29,830 bases of DNA from an uncultured archaeon (GTDB lineage: Archaea; Asgardarchaeota; Lokiarchaeia; Sigyniarchaeales; SOKP01): assembly GCA_964632315.1 (NCBI GenBank), contig CAZWEM010000053.1, forward strand, positions 1 through 29,830. Direction: 5' to 3'. Shown piece by piece: positions 27,787-29,830 of this stretch. Under the pieces are notes generated by a model that saw only the letters and a list, made by a program, of their open reading frames with translations, had not been told where the DNA came from and made no database searches. Position numbers and translations under genes: made by a program. Position 1 is the stretch's first letter. Each line of letters begins with the position of its first letter.

Positions 27787-28320
27787 CTAACTCTCCGTTC
27801 TTTCTAAAGCAAGTTCAGTGAGTACTTCAAAAGTCTTGGTGACATTTTGTCCTGTCTTGCTTGATATTTCAGCAAATGATGCCATATGATGTTTCTCAGC
27901 AATTTGAATCCCATATTCTCGAGGAATCTTACGTTGTGTTTTTTCAAGGTCTATTTTTGAACCAACTAACATAATAGGTATTGGTCCTCCTTTGGATACC
28001 ACGATACTAGTCCATTCACTGATATTGTCTAAAGTTTGGGGCCTAGTAATGTCATATAGCAAGAAAGCAGCATTAGCCCCTAAACAATAGGTTGGTAAGA
28101 GAAAGCGAAAGCGTTCCTCACCACCGACATCCCAAATCTGGAGTTTTATTTTCTTTCCATTCAATTCAATGGTTTTTACATGAAAATCTACCCCAATAGT
28201 GAGTCTTTCAGAAGGATTAAAAATATTGTAACAATAACGTTTAGTAAACGATGTTTTTCCAACACTCGCATCCCCAATTAAAAGAATTTTAAAAGTATAA
28301 TCATAGTTTTGGGTAATAAT
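27787..28320 (-). CDS. Rab-like small GTPase (about 177 aa; non-canonical ATT start)
   Basis: The track ORF (from 28164) lacks the P-loop, but the frame continues upstream: IITQNYDYTFKILLIGDASVGKTSFTKRYCYNIFNPSERLTIGVDFHVKTIEL-NGKKIKLQIWDVGGEERFRFLLPTYCLGA...YDIT...GSKID...EISSK. An in-frame TAA lies just upstream, and AGGTG precedes ATT at 28320/28317. Confidence 0.93.
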   Translation of the reverse strand: MITQNYDYTFKILLIGDASVGKTSFTKRYCYNIFNPSERLTIGVDFHVKTIELNGKKIKLQIWDVGGEERFRFLLPTYCLGANAAFLLYDITRPQTLDNISEWTSIVVSKGGPIPIMLVGSKIDLEKTQRKIPREYGIQIAEKHHMASFAEISSKTGQNVTKTFEVLTELALERTES

Positions 28321-28383
28321 TTCACACCTTTAATGAGTTGGTTATAGCCTTAACTGAAATGATATCTGTTATTATCTTATTCG

Positions 28384-28399
28384 GCGACTACAAAGTCGC
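28384..28399. promoter_or_regulatory. GC-rich palindrome GCGACT-N4-AGTCGC adjacent to a TATA-like box upstream of the GTPase-TrmB pair
   Basis: GCGACT (28384-28389), ACAA, AGTCGC (28394-28399). TTATAATATTAA on the minus strand at 28401-28412. Confidence 0.5.
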
Positions 28400-28489
28400 T
28401 TTAATATTATAATCTAAAATGAGATTTTTAACTGTTTTCTTTTTGATAATAAAAATTAAAAATAGTACGAACAAAATAATTAGAGGGTG

Positions 28490-29032
28490 TCATTTTAGCA
28501 TTGAAGCCAAATTATTATGAATAATGGGGTTTGATTCATTCAGAAGATGGTTTTTTAATATCGCATTAATCTCATATTCATCTTTATATTGAATCAAGTA
28601 ATCAATCACGCTCCATCTAACAGAATCATCTGGATCATCAATTAAAGGTAATAAAAATTTAACATATTTCTTGTCATCATTTTCCTTAATCTTCATAATA
28701 GTTCTAGCTCGAATAATGAAATCTGGACTGTAAAGTTGAGGTAAGAGATGATATTCAACCGTCTCTTGATTAATGAAATCGAGAATAAACTTAAATAAAT
28801 CTTTTTTATAATTATTTGAATCGAACGTGGTTATCATTTGTCGTAGTTGCCATTCGGGGATTTTTGTTCCTAACTTTAGAACACTTTCAAATGATATAAA
28901 AAAATTTTCAGAAATTTCATTCTTAATATAGTCTAATAATCTTTCGATAATTTTGTCGCTTATTTTCGAGACCTTAATGACATCCCAATATCCTTCATCA
29001 TCGTAGTTATTATTATCCCCTAAATAATTCAC
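28490..29032 (-). CDS. HEAT-repeat (PBS-lyase-like) protein
   Basis: LYSPDFIIRARTI, LLPLIDDPDDSVRWSVIDYL and NESNPII repeats. Confidence 0.75.
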   Translation of the reverse strand: MNYLGDNNNYDDEGYWDVIKVSKISDKIIERLLDYIKNEISENFFISFESVLKLGTKIPEWQLRQMITTFDSNNYKKDLFKFILDFINQETVEYHLLPQLYSPDFIIRARTIMKIKENDDKKYVKFLLPLIDDPDDSVRWSVIDYLIQYKDEYEINAILKNHLLNESNPIIHNNLASMLK

Positions 29033-29402
29033 GATCTTATCCTTTCAATTTTTTTACTTAGTTCTTAAATATATTTGCACGATCTCTTTTATTTAAGTTA
29101 TTATTAAATTGGAAATATGTATAGAAACCTAAGTAATCTTTTTTGATTATAATTCCAAAATAAAAAGTAATTAAGATATCAATAACACATCTTCTTCGAC
29201 AAAAATCTTTGATATTTTATTGTCTAAATCTCTGAAAAAGTTAACATTTACCAATTATAATACGAGAATTTGATGTTAATTCTGAATCAGACCCAGTTTG
29301 AATTCGATTATGAGTTAATGCCTAAATATCTATAAGTATTTTTATTTACTAAAAAATTATTCATTTTATGCTTTATTCTAAGTATATAAAGGTTAGATTG
29401 AA

Positions 29403-29828
29403 TTGAATGACATATTTGGAGAAATTGATGCTATTTTCCATTCAAAGTCCTTAGCTATTTATGGTGTGAGTCGAAAAGGAGGATTAGGAAATGTTTTATT
29501 ACAAGGATTCATAGATCAAGAATTTCCTAAAATTTTTATCGTTAATCCTAAAATTACTGAACCTAATGTTGAAATAATGGGAATTCCCGTCTTTTCGAGC
29601 TTGAAATCGATTGGAGAACCTGTAGATCTGGCAATAATTTCCACTCATCCTAAATTTGTCAAGGACATAATTATTGAATGCGGTCAGTATGGAGTTAAAG
29701 CAGTAATAATTTTTTCATCTGGATTTGGAGAGAAAAATGAAGAAGGTAAAAAGGCAGAGAATAGATTATTGAAGATTGCCCAAAAATATCAAATGAGACT
29801 AGTTGGACCAAATTGTATGGGATTTTAT
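29403..29828 (+). CDS. ADP-forming acyl/acetyl-CoA synthetase alpha subunit, CoA-binding domain (partial, runs off window)
   Basis: Not in track. From TTG 29403: MNDIFGEIDAIFHSKSLAIYGVS...VNPK...PVDLAII...ECGQYGVKAVIIFSSGFGE...RLVGPNCMGF, the classic AcdA motifs. Confidence 0.9.
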   Translation, partial: MNDIFGEIDAIFHSKSLAIYGVSRKGGLGNVLLQGFIDQEFPKIFIVNPKITEPNVEIMGIPVFSSLKSIGEPVDLAIISTHPKFVKDIIIECGQYGVKAVIIFSSGFGEKNEEGKKAENRLLKIAQKYQMRLVGPNCMGFY

Positions 29829-29830
29829 TG

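Noticed and set aside
27775-27790. GTPase and TrmB-like ORFs are in frame, separated by TAG GTG ATT TAG (possible pyrrolysine/amber read-through fusion)
   Set aside because: It would need two read-throughs, the spacer is fully explained by the AGGTGA RBS, and there are no pyl genes in the window.
29033-29402. 370-nt divergent spacer examined for small ORFs, ncRNA or repeats
   Set aside because: Only frames under 30 codons, with no stable GC-rich structure or repeat.
1-29830. CRISPR arrays, tRNA/rRNA, transposases, integrases
   Set aside because: No regularly spaced repeats, cloverleaf-like GC-rich segments or mobile-element ORFs were seen.

Overview
AT-rich, gene-dense archaeal chromosomal window, most likely an Asgard archaeon of the Lokiarchaeia type. 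This is inferred from an unprenylated Rab-like GTPase, HEAT/LRR and beta-propeller proteins, a TrmB-like regulator, AGGTG-type ribosome-binding sites, oligo-T terminators and many acyl-CoA enzyme paralogues. Contents: pyrimidine genes (carA, partial carB, a divergent pyrG); a cytoplasmic DmsA/DmsB-like molybdoenzyme pair; a loose acyl-CoA catabolic region (two 4-hydroxybutyryl-CoA dehydratase paralogues, two crotonases, an IVD-type acyl-CoA dehydrogenase, two SDRs, AMP- and ADP-forming CoA ligases, a Zn-ADH, a ThDP enzyme, a FabK/NMO flavoprotein); and a right-hand block of eukaryote-like proteins. The ORF track misses or truncates several genes: carB, a 41-aa LIM-like zinc-finger microprotein, the N-terminal third of the Rab-like GTPase (which needs an ATT start), an upstream extension of a headless TetR-like ORF, and the terminal acyl-CoA ligase. 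The best candidate for a new system is an apparent operon of the Rab-like GTPase and the TrmB-like transcription factor, preceded by a GC-rich palindromic site next to a TATA-like box. No rRNA, tRNA, CRISPR array or mobile element was seen.
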